The notes: generated by a model from the letters alone, not told the origin. DNA of 64,000 bases from an uncultured Pseudomonadota bacterium (GCA_963819375.1 CAWFVU010000004.1:321960-385959); one strand, 5' to 3'. Counted from the first letter of the stretch, positions 1 through 9,242 are shown. Made by a program: numbers and translations.

Positions 1-433
1 CCGCCGGCGCGTTGATGGTCATCGAGGTGGTCACCTCGTCGAGCGGGATGCCGGCGAACAGGCGCTCCATGTCGGCCGCCGACGCCACCGAGACCCCCTC
101 GCGCCCGACCTCGCCCAGGCAGCGCGGATCGTCGGGATCGAGCCCCATCAGCGTCGGCATGTCGAACGCCGTCGAGAGCCCGGTCTGCCCGTGCGCGAGA
201 AGAAAAGCGAACCGCAGGTTGGTGTCCTCGGGCGTTCCGAACCCGGAGAACATTCGCATCGTCCAGAGCTTCCCACGGTACATGCTGGCGTGCGGCCCCC
301 GCGTGAACGGGTACTGCCCGGCGTCGCCCAGCTTGGAGGCGTACGTCCAGTCCGTCCCCAGGTCGGCCGGTCCGTAGGAGGCCGCCAGCGGGATCCCCGA
401 CTGCGTCTCGAATTTCGGGCGGTCGTCCGACAC
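1..433 (-). CDS. B12-dependent acyl-CoA (methylmalonyl-CoA) mutase family protein, N-terminal part; gene runs off the left edge
   Basis: Absent from the ORF track because there is no stop inside the window. Hand translation of the minus strand from GTG at 433 (TTG at 436 also possible) gives [90 protein letters not shown]. This is the conserved N-terminal core of mutase large subunits. The + ORF 12..377 is its antisense shadow. Confidence 0.8.
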   Translation of the reverse strand, partial: MSDDRPKFETQSGIPLAASYGPADLGTDWTYASKLGDAGQYPFTRGPHASMYRGKLWTMRMFSGFGTPEDTNLRFAFLLAHGQTGLSTAFDMPTLMGLDPDDPRCLGEVGREGVSVASAADMERLFAGIPLDEVTTSMTINAPA

Positions 434-477
434 CAACGGCCAGTCTAGCGTCGATCCGCCCCGGTGGTGAGGGTGAC

Positions 478-720
478 TCAGCCTGGCCGGGCGATCAGCG
501 CGGCGACGGCGGAGACGCTGTCGATCGACTCGGGATCGAAGCCCAGCCTGGCGAAGTCGAGGCCGAACTTCTCCTCGAGGAAGACCACCATCTCGACGCC
601 GTCAATCGACTGCAGCCGTCCGGTCGAAAACAGGCCATCGTCGTCGGCGAACGGGTCGAGATCCCCGTTGCGCGTCAAGAGGTCGCGGAACATCTGTCGA
701 ATGAGCTCGGTCTGGGCCAT
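478..720 (-). CDS. acyl/aminoacyl carrier protein (DltC-like, 80 aa)
   Basis: C-terminal 80 codons of ORF 478..939, starting at ATG 720: [40 protein letters not shown] aligns with the LDSLDTVEL phosphopantetheine-attachment site. It lies 11 nt downstream of the MBOAT gene. Confidence 0.8.
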   Translation of the reverse strand: MAQTELIRQMFRDLLTRNGDLDPFADDDGLFSTGRLQSIDGVEMVVFLEEKFGLDFARLGFDPESIDSVSAVAALIARPG

Positions 721-731
721 GTCGATCTCGC

Positions 732-2114
732 TCAGGCGTTGATGCCAAAGAGGCGCGCAAAGAAACGGAGGTGGACGGGCAGGGGGACCAGAAACTCCTC
801 GTCGACGAAGGCGAAGATCAAGCAGTAGGAGACCAGCACCCGGGCGAGGGGAAAGGCCCGCTCCCGCAGCCAGCTCTTTGTGGTGGAGGCAGGGCGCCGC
901 GCCTGGGACAACGAGATCGCCACCGCCAACATCATGCACTGAACCGCGTAGACATCCATCTGTCGAACCGCGCCCAGAAAACCGAGCCGCTGGATCCAGT
1001 GTTGTTCATCGCGCACGAAGTGGAAGTAGATGTTGCCGAAGAAGGCGGACGCGAAGACCGCGAAGCTCCGCCGCAGGCGCGGGTGACGTTTGAAATACCG
1101 GAGGAAGGCCGGGTAGTAGAAGAACTCGACCAGCAGCTCCTTGAAGTAATAGTAGTAGCGGTTCCAGAAGTCGGCGACGTTGCGGGCCTCGAACGGCCGA
1201 TAGGTGTTTCGCAGCGCCGCGAAGCCCGCCATGCGGCAGCAGGCCACGATGGTGTGTCCGAGGACGGTCAGATTGAACAGGCGTTCGAAAAAATTGCAGA
1301 CCACGCAGGCCCAGCTCGCCCCGACGCCGAGTGGAACGTCGTTCGCCACGGCGCGAAACGCGTCGGAGATGGAGAGGATCCCCAGTGAATGAAAAGCGGC
1401 CCACCGGTAGCCGCGGTGGGCGAAGTGAAGCAGCACGCACCAGAGCAGCAGCTTCAGCCCCTTGAGCTGGGTGACGGCGAGCGCCTGGGGCGTGCGGGTC
1501 TCGATCTTCCGCCAGTTGGCGGCGCCTTTGGGGTAGGGCGTCGTGGTGCTCCCCCAGAAGGGCGCGAAGGTCCCCAGCTGCTTCCAGACCGGCTCACCGG
1601 GGGAGGCGAAGCGGTCGAGCAGCGCGTAGCCGATGAACCACTGGTAGCTGCAGAGGGCGTAGGCGACGGCCCAGGCGAGCCCCTTTGCGGGGAAGAGCCC
1701 GGGCCGTGCCCCGACCACCGCAAGGTAGACGGTGATGAGCACAATCAGCAGCGCCACCGGACGTGCCAGCAGCGCCGAGCGCGACCAGCGTCGCGACGCC
1801 ATGTACATCAGGCCGGCGAAGAGAAACACCAGCGCCTGGCCCGCCAACATGACGGCGGGCTCACCGGCGCTGGCCGGCCAGAGGAAGGCCCAGATGACGG
1901 TCCCTGCGGCGACCAGCGCGCGCCGGTGATCGGACGGCACCAGGGAGGCGAGCACCAGGAACGAACCGATGGGGACCCAGGCCGGAGAGACGACGGAGAG
2001 CAGGGCGATGAAGCCGGCCAGCATCACCAGCTTGCCGGCCGGCGTCTGAACGGCAGCGACAGCGCGCGGATAGGTGTCGAGCGGCGGGACGAGGCGGAGC
2101 GCACCCCAGGTCAT
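732..2114 (-). CDS. MBOAT-family (DltB/AlgI-like) polytopic membrane O-acyltransferase, divergent
   Basis: 460-aa hydrophobic ORF. The block NTYRPFEARNVADFWNRYYYYFKELLVEFFYYPAF aligns by eye with the NF..P...S..DFWNRWHMSLS.W.RDY.Y core of DltB/AlgI. An ATGA overlap links it to the upstream adenylase. Confidence 0.7.
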   Translation of the reverse strand: MTWGALRLVPPLDTYPRAVAAVQTPAGKLVMLAGFIALLSVVSPAWVPIGSFLVLASLVPSDHRRALVAAGTVIWAFLWPASAGEPAVMLAGQALVFLFAGLMYMASRRWSRSALLARPVALLIVLITVYLAVVGARPGLFPAKGLAWAVAYALCSYQWFIGYALLDRFASPGEPVWKQLGTFAPFWGSTTTPYPKGAANWRKIETRTPQALAVTQLKGLKLLLWCVLLHFAHRGYRWAAFHSLGILSISDAFRAVANDVPLGVGASWACVVCNFFERLFNLTVLGHTIVACCRMAGFAALRNTYRPFEARNVADFWNRYYYYFKELLVEFFYYPAFLRYFKRHPRLRRSFAVFASAFFGNIYFHFVRDEQHWIQRLGFLGAVRQMDVYAVQCMMLAVAISLSQARRPASTTKSWLRERAFPLARVLVSYCLIFAFVDEEFLVPLPVHLRFFARLFGINA

Positions 2115-3730
2115 GTCGCGCCCGACGCGAGTCGCGCGAGCAACGCCCGGCGATCGATCTTGCCGTTCGCGCTGAGCGGGAGCGCCGGGACGAAGTGCAG
2201 GGCCGTCGGCACCATGTGCCCCGGCAGCCTCGCCCGCAGGCCCTTGCGGAGCTCCGCGGCCCGCGCGGCCAGCGACTCGTCGCCGAGGAACGCCACCACG
2301 CCGTCGGCGCTCCCGTCGCGCAGCGGCCAGGCGACCACCGCCACGGCGTCGACGCCGGAGACCGCGCGCAGGTGGGCCTCGACCTCCTCGAGCTCGACGC
2401 GGTGGCCCCGCACCTTCACCTGGTTGTCGAGGCGCCCGAGGTAGAAGTAACGGCCGTCGGCGTCGGCCCGCGCCTGATCGCCGGTGAGGTACCAGCGCTC
2501 TGCGCCGATGGTCACGAACTTCTGCGCGGTTCGCTCCAGATCACCGTAGTACCCGAGCGCGAGCTGGGCGCCGCCGATGGCCAGCTCTCCGGCCAGGCCT
2601 GGTGCGGCCCTCTGCCGCTGGCCGTCGAGCACCGTCAGTCGCGTTTGGGGAAAGGGGCGCCCGATCGAGACAATCCCGCGCTCGCTCGGGGTGCGTTCGG
2701 CGCCCTCGAAGCGCTCGCGCGAGCAGGCCACCGTCGCCTCGGTCGGACCGTAGAAGTTGTCGACGGTGCTGTTGGGCGCGGCCGCGCTCCAGCGCTCCGC
2801 CAGCGTCACCGGCAGCGGCTCGCCCGAGAAGATCGAGACCCGCAGGCGCGGCAGCACGTTCGGCTGCAGCAGCTTCATGCGGCTCATCATCTCGACCATC
2901 GAGGGGACGGAGAAGAGAACGGTGATCGCCTGCTCTTGCAGGTAACGGAGCGGCGCCATCGTCTGCGTGGCGGGGACCGCGCAGAGCGCCGCCCCCCGAT
3001 CCCAGGTGAAGAACATATCGAACACCGAGATGTCGAAGGTGATCTCCGAAAGGCCGGCCGTGCGGTCGGATGGGCCGACCTCGAAGAGATCCCGATTGAC
3101 GGCCACGAACTGGCCCACGGCGCGAACGGGCACCACGACGCCCTTGGGGACGCCGGTGGTGCCGGAGGTGAACTCGATGTAGCCGGGGTGCCCTTCTGTG
3201 ACGGGGCGAGGCGCGTCCCCCGGGTCGTACGCGGGGAGCGCGCGCGCGTCGTCGACGGCCGGGTCGGCGACCGGCACGCCGTCGAGGCAGGGAGCGAGGA
3301 CGCGCGCGCCTCCACGCAGCCGTGGCGTGAGCAGCGGGAGGTGAGCGCGATCGACGATGATGGCGTGGGGGTCGACGGCGCCGAGCATCTGCGCCAGGCG
3401 CTCTTCGGGCAGGGCGGGGTTGATGGGGACGTAGGTGCCGCCGGCCCAGCAGGCGCCGAGGATGCCGAGATAGGTCTCGAGGCTGCGGCGGGTGAAGATC
3501 GCCACGCGCGGGTTCGGTCCGATCGATGCGTTCGCCAACCAACCCGCCACCCGCTGCGCCAGCGTGCGCAGCTCGGAGTAGCTGAACGCCCGACCTTCGA
3601 CCTGGAGCGCCGTGGCCTCGGGGAAACGTTCGGCGCAGCGGTACATCGGCCAGGCGAGGTTGAACGTCGCGTCGACCCCTGTTTCCGTGGAAGGTCGTTC
3701 TGGGCGTGCCTGCCGAGTCGCCTCTGTCAC
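2111..3730 (-). CDS. stand-alone adenylation enzyme (AMP-dependent ligase, DltA/NRPS A-domain-like)
   Basis: 539-aa ORF with A-domain motifs FTSGTTGVPKGV, GELAIGGAQLALGY, YLTGDQAR, VKVRGHRVELEEVE and LSANGKIDRRAL. GTG start at 3730. Confidence 0.85.
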   Translation of the reverse strand: MTEATRQARPERPSTETGVDATFNLAWPMYRCAERFPEATALQVEGRAFSYSELRTLAQRVAGWLANASIGPNPRVAIFTRRSLETYLGILGACWAGGTYVPINPALPEERLAQMLGAVDPHAIIVDRAHLPLLTPRLRGGARVLAPCLDGVPVADPAVDDARALPAYDPGDAPRPVTEGHPGYIEFTSGTTGVPKGVVVPVRAVGQFVAVNRDLFEVGPSDRTAGLSEITFDISVFDMFFTWDRGAALCAVPATQTMAPLRYLQEQAITVLFSVPSMVEMMSRMKLLQPNVLPRLRVSIFSGEPLPVTLAERWSAAAPNSTVDNFYGPTEATVACSRERFEGAERTPSERGIVSIGRPFPQTRLTVLDGQRQRAAPGLAGELAIGGAQLALGYYGDLERTAQKFVTIGAERWYLTGDQARADADGRYFYLGRLDNQVKVRGHRVELEEVEAHLRAVSGVDAVAVVAWPLRDGSADGVVAFLGDESLAARAAELRKGLRARLPGHMVPTALHFVPALPLSANGKIDRRALLARLASGAT

Positions 3731-3844
3731 GCCCGCACCAGCGTAACACGAGAGGTGAGGGCAGCGGCCTCCACCACGCTGTTGGTCGCCGGGGACGGAC
3801 TTGAAGTAAGCTCGGCTGCAGCGGTCAACCTTGCGTCTGGCGCC

Positions 3845-5095
3845 TTGAACTCCGCCGCCCCGACTGAGCCGCGATCGCGCCGCGGGTCGAGCTCGCAGGC
3901 TTGGCAGACGGCCGGCTGGGTGGTGCTCGGCGTCGCGGCTCCGGCGGTGGACGCGGCCAGGGGCTCACCCGGTTGGTTGGCGCTCGTTCATCCAATCCAG
4001 GCGACGTCGCTGTTTGCGTCGATGGTGTTCTTGTTGGTGAGCGGTCCGCGCCTGCGGGACCTGTTGCTGTTCTTGGTCGGCGCGGTCGGATTTGCGCTGG
4101 GACACCGCGCCTGGCTCCATCTGTTCTCGTTCCGCGGCGTTCAGTTCGAGCAGAGCGCGCTGGTGGCGGCGGGCTTGGCCAGCCTGGTGGCCCTTGGGGC
4201 GCGGGCAGCCGCCTCGGAACGCGGGAGTGAGCCGCGAACCTGGTTTCACCTGGCGGTGATGTTGCCGGCCTTCGGGATGGCCATGGGCCTCGCGCTCGAT
4301 CTCACGGTTCCGCTGCACGCCTGGACCTGGGATCCGATCGTCCTGGGGCTGGACGCCGGGTTCGGTCAGCCGAGCTTCGTCGTCGGGCGCGTGGCGGCCG
4401 GCCATCCTGCGCTGCTGACGCTGCTCGGCCTCGTCTATCTGTTTCTGCCGGTGATGATTGCGGCGATGTTGGTGCTCGAGCAGCGGCAGACGCGCGAGAC
4501 GCGCCGGACGCGCGAGACGCGCCCCGAACGCGAACCCGGGCTGCTGCGGGCGATTCTCCTGGCGGCGATCGTCGGGTACGCGCTCTACCAAGTCTATCCG
4601 GTCGTGGGACCGGGCCCGCTGTTCGGCGCGCGGTTTCCCTACGGGATCGCCGGTCTCGCCGGGCCGCCGCAGCGTCTGGTCGACGTCACCGCCATCGAGG
4701 ACCCGCGCAATTGCATGCCTTCCTTGCACGTCGCCTGGGCGCTGCTCGTCTACTGGCACGCGCGGACGCTGGGCAGGCGGGCCAGGGCGGCCGGCGCCAT
4801 CTGGTTGGTGTCGACGATCTTCGCCACGCTGGCGATGGGCCAGCACTACTTCGTCGATCTCGTGGTGGCCGTTCCGTTTGCCGCGCTGATCGATGCGCTG
4901 GCCGGCGCGACGCCCCGCAAGACCTCCGCGCGTCGCCAGCTCATCGCGACGGCCGGCGTGTTGCTGGCCATCTGGTACGCAATCCTGCTGCTGGCGCCGC
5001 CCGGCGCGTCGGGCGGGCTCTGGCTGCGGCTGCTCGCGCTGGCGACGGTCGCCGCCAGCTGGGCGCTGCACGCCCGCTGGTGCGCTCAGCGCTGA
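3845..5095 (+). CDS. PAP2-superfamily membrane protein (PAP2_C / inositolphosphoceramide-synthase-like)
   Basis: C-terminal ~415 codons of the 966-aa ORF 2195..5095; the upstream part of that ORF is antisense to the adenylase. Multi-TM protein with motifs CMPSLHVAW and GQHYFVDLVVAVPFA. The start is uncertain: in-frame TTG at 3845, GTG at 3920/3923. Confidence 0.6.
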   Translation: MNSAAPTEPRSRRGSSSQAWQTAGWVVLGVAAPAVDAARGSPGWLALVHPIQATSLFASMVFLLVSGPRLRDLLLFLVGAVGFALGHRAWLHLFSFRGVQFEQSALVAAGLASLVALGARAAASERGSEPRTWFHLAVMLPAFGMAMGLALDLTVPLHAWTWDPIVLGLDAGFGQPSFVVGRVAAGHPALLTLLGLVYLFLPVMIAAMLVLEQRQTRETRRTRETRPEREPGLLRAILLAAIVGYALYQVYPVVGPGPLFGARFPYGIAGLAGPPQRLVDVTAIEDPRNCMPSLHVAWALLVYWHARTLGRRARAAGAIWLVSTIFATLAMGQHYFVDLVVAVPFAALIDALAGATPRKTSARRQLIATAGVLLAIWYAILLLAPPGASGGLWLRLLALATVAASWALHARWCAQR

Positions 5096-6018
5096 TCGCG
5101 CCTGGTGCCGTCGTCCGCGGGAGAGCGCTCCAGCTTCACCGGCTCGTCCCGCGCGGCGAGCTCGCGCGCGATCTCGGCGTCCAGCTCGGCCCCGAGAATC
5201 ACGATGTACGCCGAGAGCAAGAACCAGGTGAGGATCGTGATGATGACCCCCAGCGAACCGTCGACCCGGTCGGTCTTGGCATAAGTCGACGCGAACCAGG
5301 AGAAGAGCGCCGAGCCCGCCAGCCACAAGGCGGTCGCCGCCAGCGATCCGGGCGAGACCCAGCGTCGCGTGGCCGGCACGTGGGCCGGCCCATGGTGGTA
5401 CGCCACGCTCAAGGCGACGAGGACCATCACCGTCAGCATCGGCCAGCGCCCCCAGCGGATGAGCTGCTCCCCGATCTGCGACATCCGGAAGAACGAGAGC
5501 ACGAGGGGGAAGACGATCACCGCGGCGATGGAGATGACGCCCGAGACGATGGCGCCCACCGTGAAGAGGAACGCGGTGACGTTCAGCCGGATGAACCCCC
5601 GGGTCTCCTTCTGGCCGAACGCCAGGCTGAGCCCGGTGATGAGCGCCTTCATCCCCTTGGTCGCCGCCCAGATGGCGGCCAGGATGCCGATCGCCGCCTC
5701 AAGGCTCAAGGTCCCGGTCGAGCGCGCGGTCAAGAGCGCCATCTGATCGTGGAGCGCCATCCGGATGTCGTGCGGCAGCCCCCCCGCAAAGACGTCCATC
5801 TGGCGCGTGACGTCTTCGGGATCGGCCAGGAGGCCGTACACGGAGACCAGCGCCGCCAGGGCCGGGAACATCGAGAGGAACGCGTAGAAGGCGACGCCGC
5901 CCGCGAGCACCGACGCCTGGTGGCGCCGGGTGGCGCTCCGCATGCGGTTGGCGATCCCGCGCCACCCACCGGCCCCGAGCAGGGCCAGAATCCCTGGATT
6001 GTCCCCCGGGCCCTTCAA
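5086..6018 (-). CDS. YihY/BrkB (virulence factor BrkB) family membrane protein
   Basis: 310-aa ORF with the typical VLAGGVAFYAFLSMFPALAALVSVYGL and multiple TM segments. The TTG start overlaps the stop of the upstream gene (TTGA). Confidence 0.8.
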   Translation of the reverse strand: MKGPGDNPGILALLGAGGWRGIANRMRSATRRHQASVLAGGVAFYAFLSMFPALAALVSVYGLLADPEDVTRQMDVFAGGLPHDIRMALHDQMALLTARSTGTLSLEAAIGILAAIWAATKGMKALITGLSLAFGQKETRGFIRLNVTAFLFTVGAIVSGVISIAAVIVFPLVLSFFRMSQIGEQLIRWGRWPMLTVMVLVALSVAYHHGPAHVPATRRWVSPGSLAATALWLAGSALFSWFASTYAKTDRVDGSLGVIITILTWFLLSAYIVILGAELDAEIARELAARDEPVKLERSPADDGTRRDQR

Positions 6019-7424
6019 AACGCGCCCCCGCCGGCGGCGCTGAACACGAACCCCAGGCCGACCGCGCCGTAATAGCCGGTGCGTGGCTGCGGGAAGATCT
6101 CCGCCAACCCCGCGTGCAAGCTGAGGAGCACGTCACCGAGCTCGAGGTTCAGCTGATATTCGCCATGAACGATGGCGGCGAAGCCGTGGCCGATCAGCCA
6201 GGAGGCGGTGACGTTGAGCTGGTGGCTGAGCAGCCCAGACACACTGAGCCCCAGCGGGATGAGCACGCCGGTGTCGATCACCGCTGCGCGCTTTCGCTCC
6301 GGCGCCTGGAACGTTCCCCCTGCGCCGAGATAGGTCTGCGCGGGGACGAACGGAATCCCGAGCTCGAGGCCTCCGACCAGCGCCAGGTAGGGATCGCCGG
6401 GAGCGTCGAAGGCGCCCACCGACCAGAACGACGCGGTCGCCACCATGTCCTTGTAGGCAGGCCGAATGGTGAGCTGCAGCGGGACCAGCTCGCGGTCGGC
6501 CGTCTTCTCCGCCGCTCCTTTGACCTCATCTTGGATGAAGACCTCCGCCACGTCGGCGAGCAGCTCCGGCGCCTCGATGGTGAACGGAAGGAGCTGCCAC
6601 ACGGCGATCTCGTCCTCGGGCACGCGCGCGCCGAGCACGAAGGCGGTGAGGACGCCGCGGACGGAGAGGGTCGCCGCGTCCATCACGTGCCGCCGCCCGT
6701 CCTCGTTGACCGGGTTGTCGAGGCGGCTGTCGCCGAACGTCACCCAGCGGTGGCCCGCCCGATCGGTCGCCACCCGGCCGCGGGCGTTCCAGGCGTCGTG
6801 AAACGACTTGGCGGCGGCCGCGCTGGAGGCCGCGCGGTTGAACCCCATGTGCCCGGCGGCGAACGAGTCTTGCAGATAGTGATCCGCGAATGCGCTCTCG
6901 AAGAGCGCCAGCTGGAACTGCTCGACCGTCGCCAGACCATCTCCCGCCGCGCCAGCCAGCGCATAGGCGATCGCCTGCTGGTGATACTCGGCCCACGAGC
7001 GGGTCGACATCGGGTTGAAGTGGGCGCTGTTCTCCAGCGCCAGCAGGTAATAGGACTTCTTGCTGTTGAACCGCCAGGCGCCGGTCTGTGACAGGAACTC
7101 GGAGGGATGGCCGAGGAAGTCGCCCGCGATGGCGGTCGCGTCGCCATAGAGCTTGGCCAGCACCGGAAGGTTCTCTCCGCAGATCCGCTCGAAGCGTGCC
7201 TTCACGCCGGCATCGGGCGCCCCGCGGGCCGCCACCGTCGCGTTCAGATCGGCGCAGGCGCGCAAGTAAGAGCTGCGGCCGATCTCCTGATGCTCGACCG
7301 ACGCCCAGGCATGGGCCGTCGACGCGGAGGCAAACGGGGGCAGGAAGGCCGCGACGGCCAGGAGCTCCAAGAAGCGGGCCCTCGGAGCGAAAGGCCCGCG
7401 ACCCGATCGCGAAGGGCCCGCCAC
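6015..7424 (-). CDS. secreted phospholipase C / P1-S1 nuclease superfamily (zinc) domain protein with beta-barrel-like C-terminal region
   Basis: Signal peptide ..FASASTAHA|WASVEH, so the mature N-terminus has W1 and H6 as in S1/P1 nucleases. HYLQDSFAAGH has the H-x3-D-x5-H zinc-ligand spacing, and FHDAWN resembles H..WD. The C-terminal ~150 aa alternate hydrophobic and Gly residues and end ..GFVFSAAGGGAF with a terminal Phe. Confidence 0.6.
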   Translation of the reverse strand: MAGPSRSGRGPFAPRARFLELLAVAAFLPPFASASTAHAWASVEHQEIGRSSYLRACADLNATVAARGAPDAGVKARFERICGENLPVLAKLYGDATAIAGDFLGHPSEFLSQTGAWRFNSKKSYYLLALENSAHFNPMSTRSWAEYHQQAIAYALAGAAGDGLATVEQFQLALFESAFADHYLQDSFAAGHMGFNRAASSAAAAKSFHDAWNARGRVATDRAGHRWVTFGDSRLDNPVNEDGRRHVMDAATLSVRGVLTAFVLGARVPEDEIAVWQLLPFTIEAPELLADVAEVFIQDEVKGAAEKTADRELVPLQLTIRPAYKDMVATASFWSVGAFDAPGDPYLALVGGLELGIPFVPAQTYLGAGGTFQAPERKRAAVIDTGVLIPLGLSVSGLLSHQLNVTASWLIGHGFAAIVHGEYQLNLELGDVLLSLHAGLAEIFPQPRTGYYGAVGLGFVFSAAGGGAF

Positions 7425-7505
7425 CCGGGCAGTATGGTTGTGCCAGGGGCGTCTGCTACCGCGCCCGGCGAGTTTGCGAGAACGGCTGATCGCGCGCCCC
7501 GCGCG

Positions 7506-8723
7506 ATGGCGTCCCAGCGGTCAAGCGCCATATTGCCGGCGGGCCACCCGTCTTGGCGGCCTCCAGCGCAAGACAAGACGAGACAAGACAAAGGAAGAAG
7601 CGAGGGCAGAGCCCTGACACCTTCGGCCAGACACGTCCCGGCGATCGCGGCGGCCGCGGTCGTGCTGCTGTCGATCCTCCTCGGCTTTCTGGCGCGGTGG
7701 CAGTTCCTGACCCGGCTCGCCCGCTACGCCGAGACGACGCCCTGGGCGGCGGATACGGCGATCATCGCGTCGATGCGCTGGCCGCTGCCGACCTGGTGCC
7801 TCCTCGGCGGCGTCTACGCCGCCACCCGGATCGTGAGCATTCCGCCGCTTCTTGCCCGGACGTTGGAAAAGGTGCTGCTTTCGGTCCTGATCATCTCCGT
7901 CAGCTTCTGGGTGGCGAGCCTCCTCGGCCGTTTGCTCGAGCTGCGGGGCGTCGGCGCGGGCCGCGTCCGGGCGTCCTCCGGCACCGGCGTGGTGCGGACC
8001 ATGGTCAAGGTCGTTGTGCTGGCCGTTGGAACGCTTGTCCTCCTGAGCACGCTCGGGATCTCCGTGGCGCCACTGGTCACCACCATGGGCCTCGGCGGCC
8101 TGGCAGTCGCCTTCGGACTGCGCGAAACGCTGGCCAACCTGTTTTCGGGGATGAACTTCACCCTGGCCGGGAACATCAACGTCGGGGACTTCGTGAAGCT
8201 GGGCTCGGGTGACGAGGGGTACATCGAGGACATCCAGTGGCGGGTGACGCGCGTGAGGACGCTGTTCGACACGATCGTCGTGATTCCGAACAGTCAGCTC
8301 GCCGACAGCATCGTGACCAACTATCACCAGCCTTCACCCGACGCGCTGATCCTCGTCCCGGTCGCCGTGCACGCGGCCAGTGACCTCGACCACGTCGAGC
8401 GCGTCACCTGTCGGGTCGCGCGCCAGATCATGGAGACGATCCCGGGCGGCGTGCCGGGGTTCGAGCCGTCGGTTCGCTACAAGGCGTTCGGCGATTCGAG
8501 CATCGACTTCTGGGTCATCCTGCGGGTGCGGGCGTACCCCGATCTCCTTCTGGTAAGGCACGAGTTCATCAAGGCGCTGGTCCGCGCCTTCGCGTCCGAA
8601 GGGATCGTCATCCCGTTTCCAGTTCGCGCGATCAATCTTGCGCAAGAAGACGGCGCCGGTGTCGCTGGTCGACGAGTCTTTGCCACCGACGCATCTTCCC
8701 CGCCGACGTTCGACGAACATTGA
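7506..8723 (+). CDS. mechanosensitive ion channel (MscS family)
   Basis: In-frame ATG at 7506 inside ORF 7107..8723. TM helices are followed by the MscS core GLGGLAVAFGLRETLANLFSGMNFTLAGNINVGDFVKLGSGDEGYIEDIQWRVTRVRT. Confidence 0.8.
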   Translation: MASQRSSAILPAGHPSWRPPAQDKTRQDKGRSEGRALTPSARHVPAIAAAAVVLLSILLGFLARWQFLTRLARYAETTPWAADTAIIASMRWPLPTWCLLGGVYAATRIVSIPPLLARTLEKVLLSVLIISVSFWVASLLGRLLELRGVGAGRVRASSGTGVVRTMVKVVVLAVGTLVLLSTLGISVAPLVTTMGLGGLAVAFGLRETLANLFSGMNFTLAGNINVGDFVKLGSGDEGYIEDIQWRVTRVRTLFDTIVVIPNSQLADSIVTNYHQPSPDALILVPVAVHAASDLDHVERVTCRVARQIMETIPGGVPGFEPSVRYKAFGDSSIDFWVILRVRAYPDLLLVRHEFIKALVRAFASEGIVIPFPVRAINLAQEDGAGVAGRRVFATDASSPPTFDEH

Positions 8724-8816
8724 CCTCGGGAATCAGTCGATCCCTTCATTGCCAACTTCCAGGCCAGTCACACACTGACGCCCAGCGAGAAAAATCACTC
8801 ACGTGATGGAGGGCCG

Positions 8817-9212
8817 ATGTTTGATCTGCTGTTCGAATCGTTCCGCAAGGCATCCGAGTCGTCGATGCAGGTGCCGATGGACATGATCAAGAACCTGACT
8901 CAGCAGCTGCCCAGCGCTTCAGGGGCTGGAATGGAATGGTCCAAGACTTTCCAGAAGCGCTGGGCCGAGTTCGCGATCGAGAGCTTGAACAAGCACCGCG
9001 AGTCCCTGGACTCGACGTACCGGTCCGGGATCCAGCTCATCGAGCAGACGTTCCGGGTCTCCGACGTCAAGTCCTCCGCGGACTACCAGAAGATCGTCGA
9101 AGAGCTCTGGCAGAAGCTGCTCGACGTCTTCAAGGAGCAGTCGGAATCTCAGGTTCGCGACCTGCAGACCTGGGCGGCGAAGTCGTTCGAGATGCACCGG
9201 GCCTCCGCCTAG
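8817..9212 (+). CDS. hypothetical small helical protein (phasin-like in composition only)
   Basis: 131-aa ORF preceded by GGAGGG 6 nt upstream, with sound codon usage. No signal peptide; amphipathic-helix-rich. The functional label is an impression, not a motif match. Confidence 0.5.
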   Translation: MFDLLFESFRKASESSMQVPMDMIKNLTQQLPSASGAGMEWSKTFQKRWAEFAIESLNKHRESLDSTYRSGIQLIEQTFRVSDVKSSADYQKIVEELWQKLLDVFKEQSESQVRDLQTWAAKSFEMHRASA

Positions 9213-9242
9213 CGTCACGACAACCAGACAAAGGAGGCCACA

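Noticed and set aside
12-377. ORF 12..377 (+), 121 aa
   Set aside because: It is the antisense shadow of the acyl-CoA mutase gene read on the minus strand, and the sequence is not protein-like.
2195-3800. N-terminal ~530 codons of the 966-aa + strand ORF 2195..5095
   Set aside because: It runs antisense to the well-supported adenylase gene and is Arg/Gly/Ala-rich with no motifs. Only the part from about 3845 onward (the PAP2 protein) is credible.
7107-7505. Upstream 133 codons of ORF 7107..8723 as part of MscS
   Set aside because: This stretch overlaps the 5' end of the divergent gene 6015..7424 on the other strand, and the sequence is Arg/Gly-rich. The first plausible start is ATG 7506.
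8799-8806. Perfect palindrome TCACGTGA 11 nt upstream of the start of gene 8817
   Set aside because: An 8-bp palindrome is expected by chance at this scale, and there is no second copy or flanking promoter elements. I noted it but did not call it a site.
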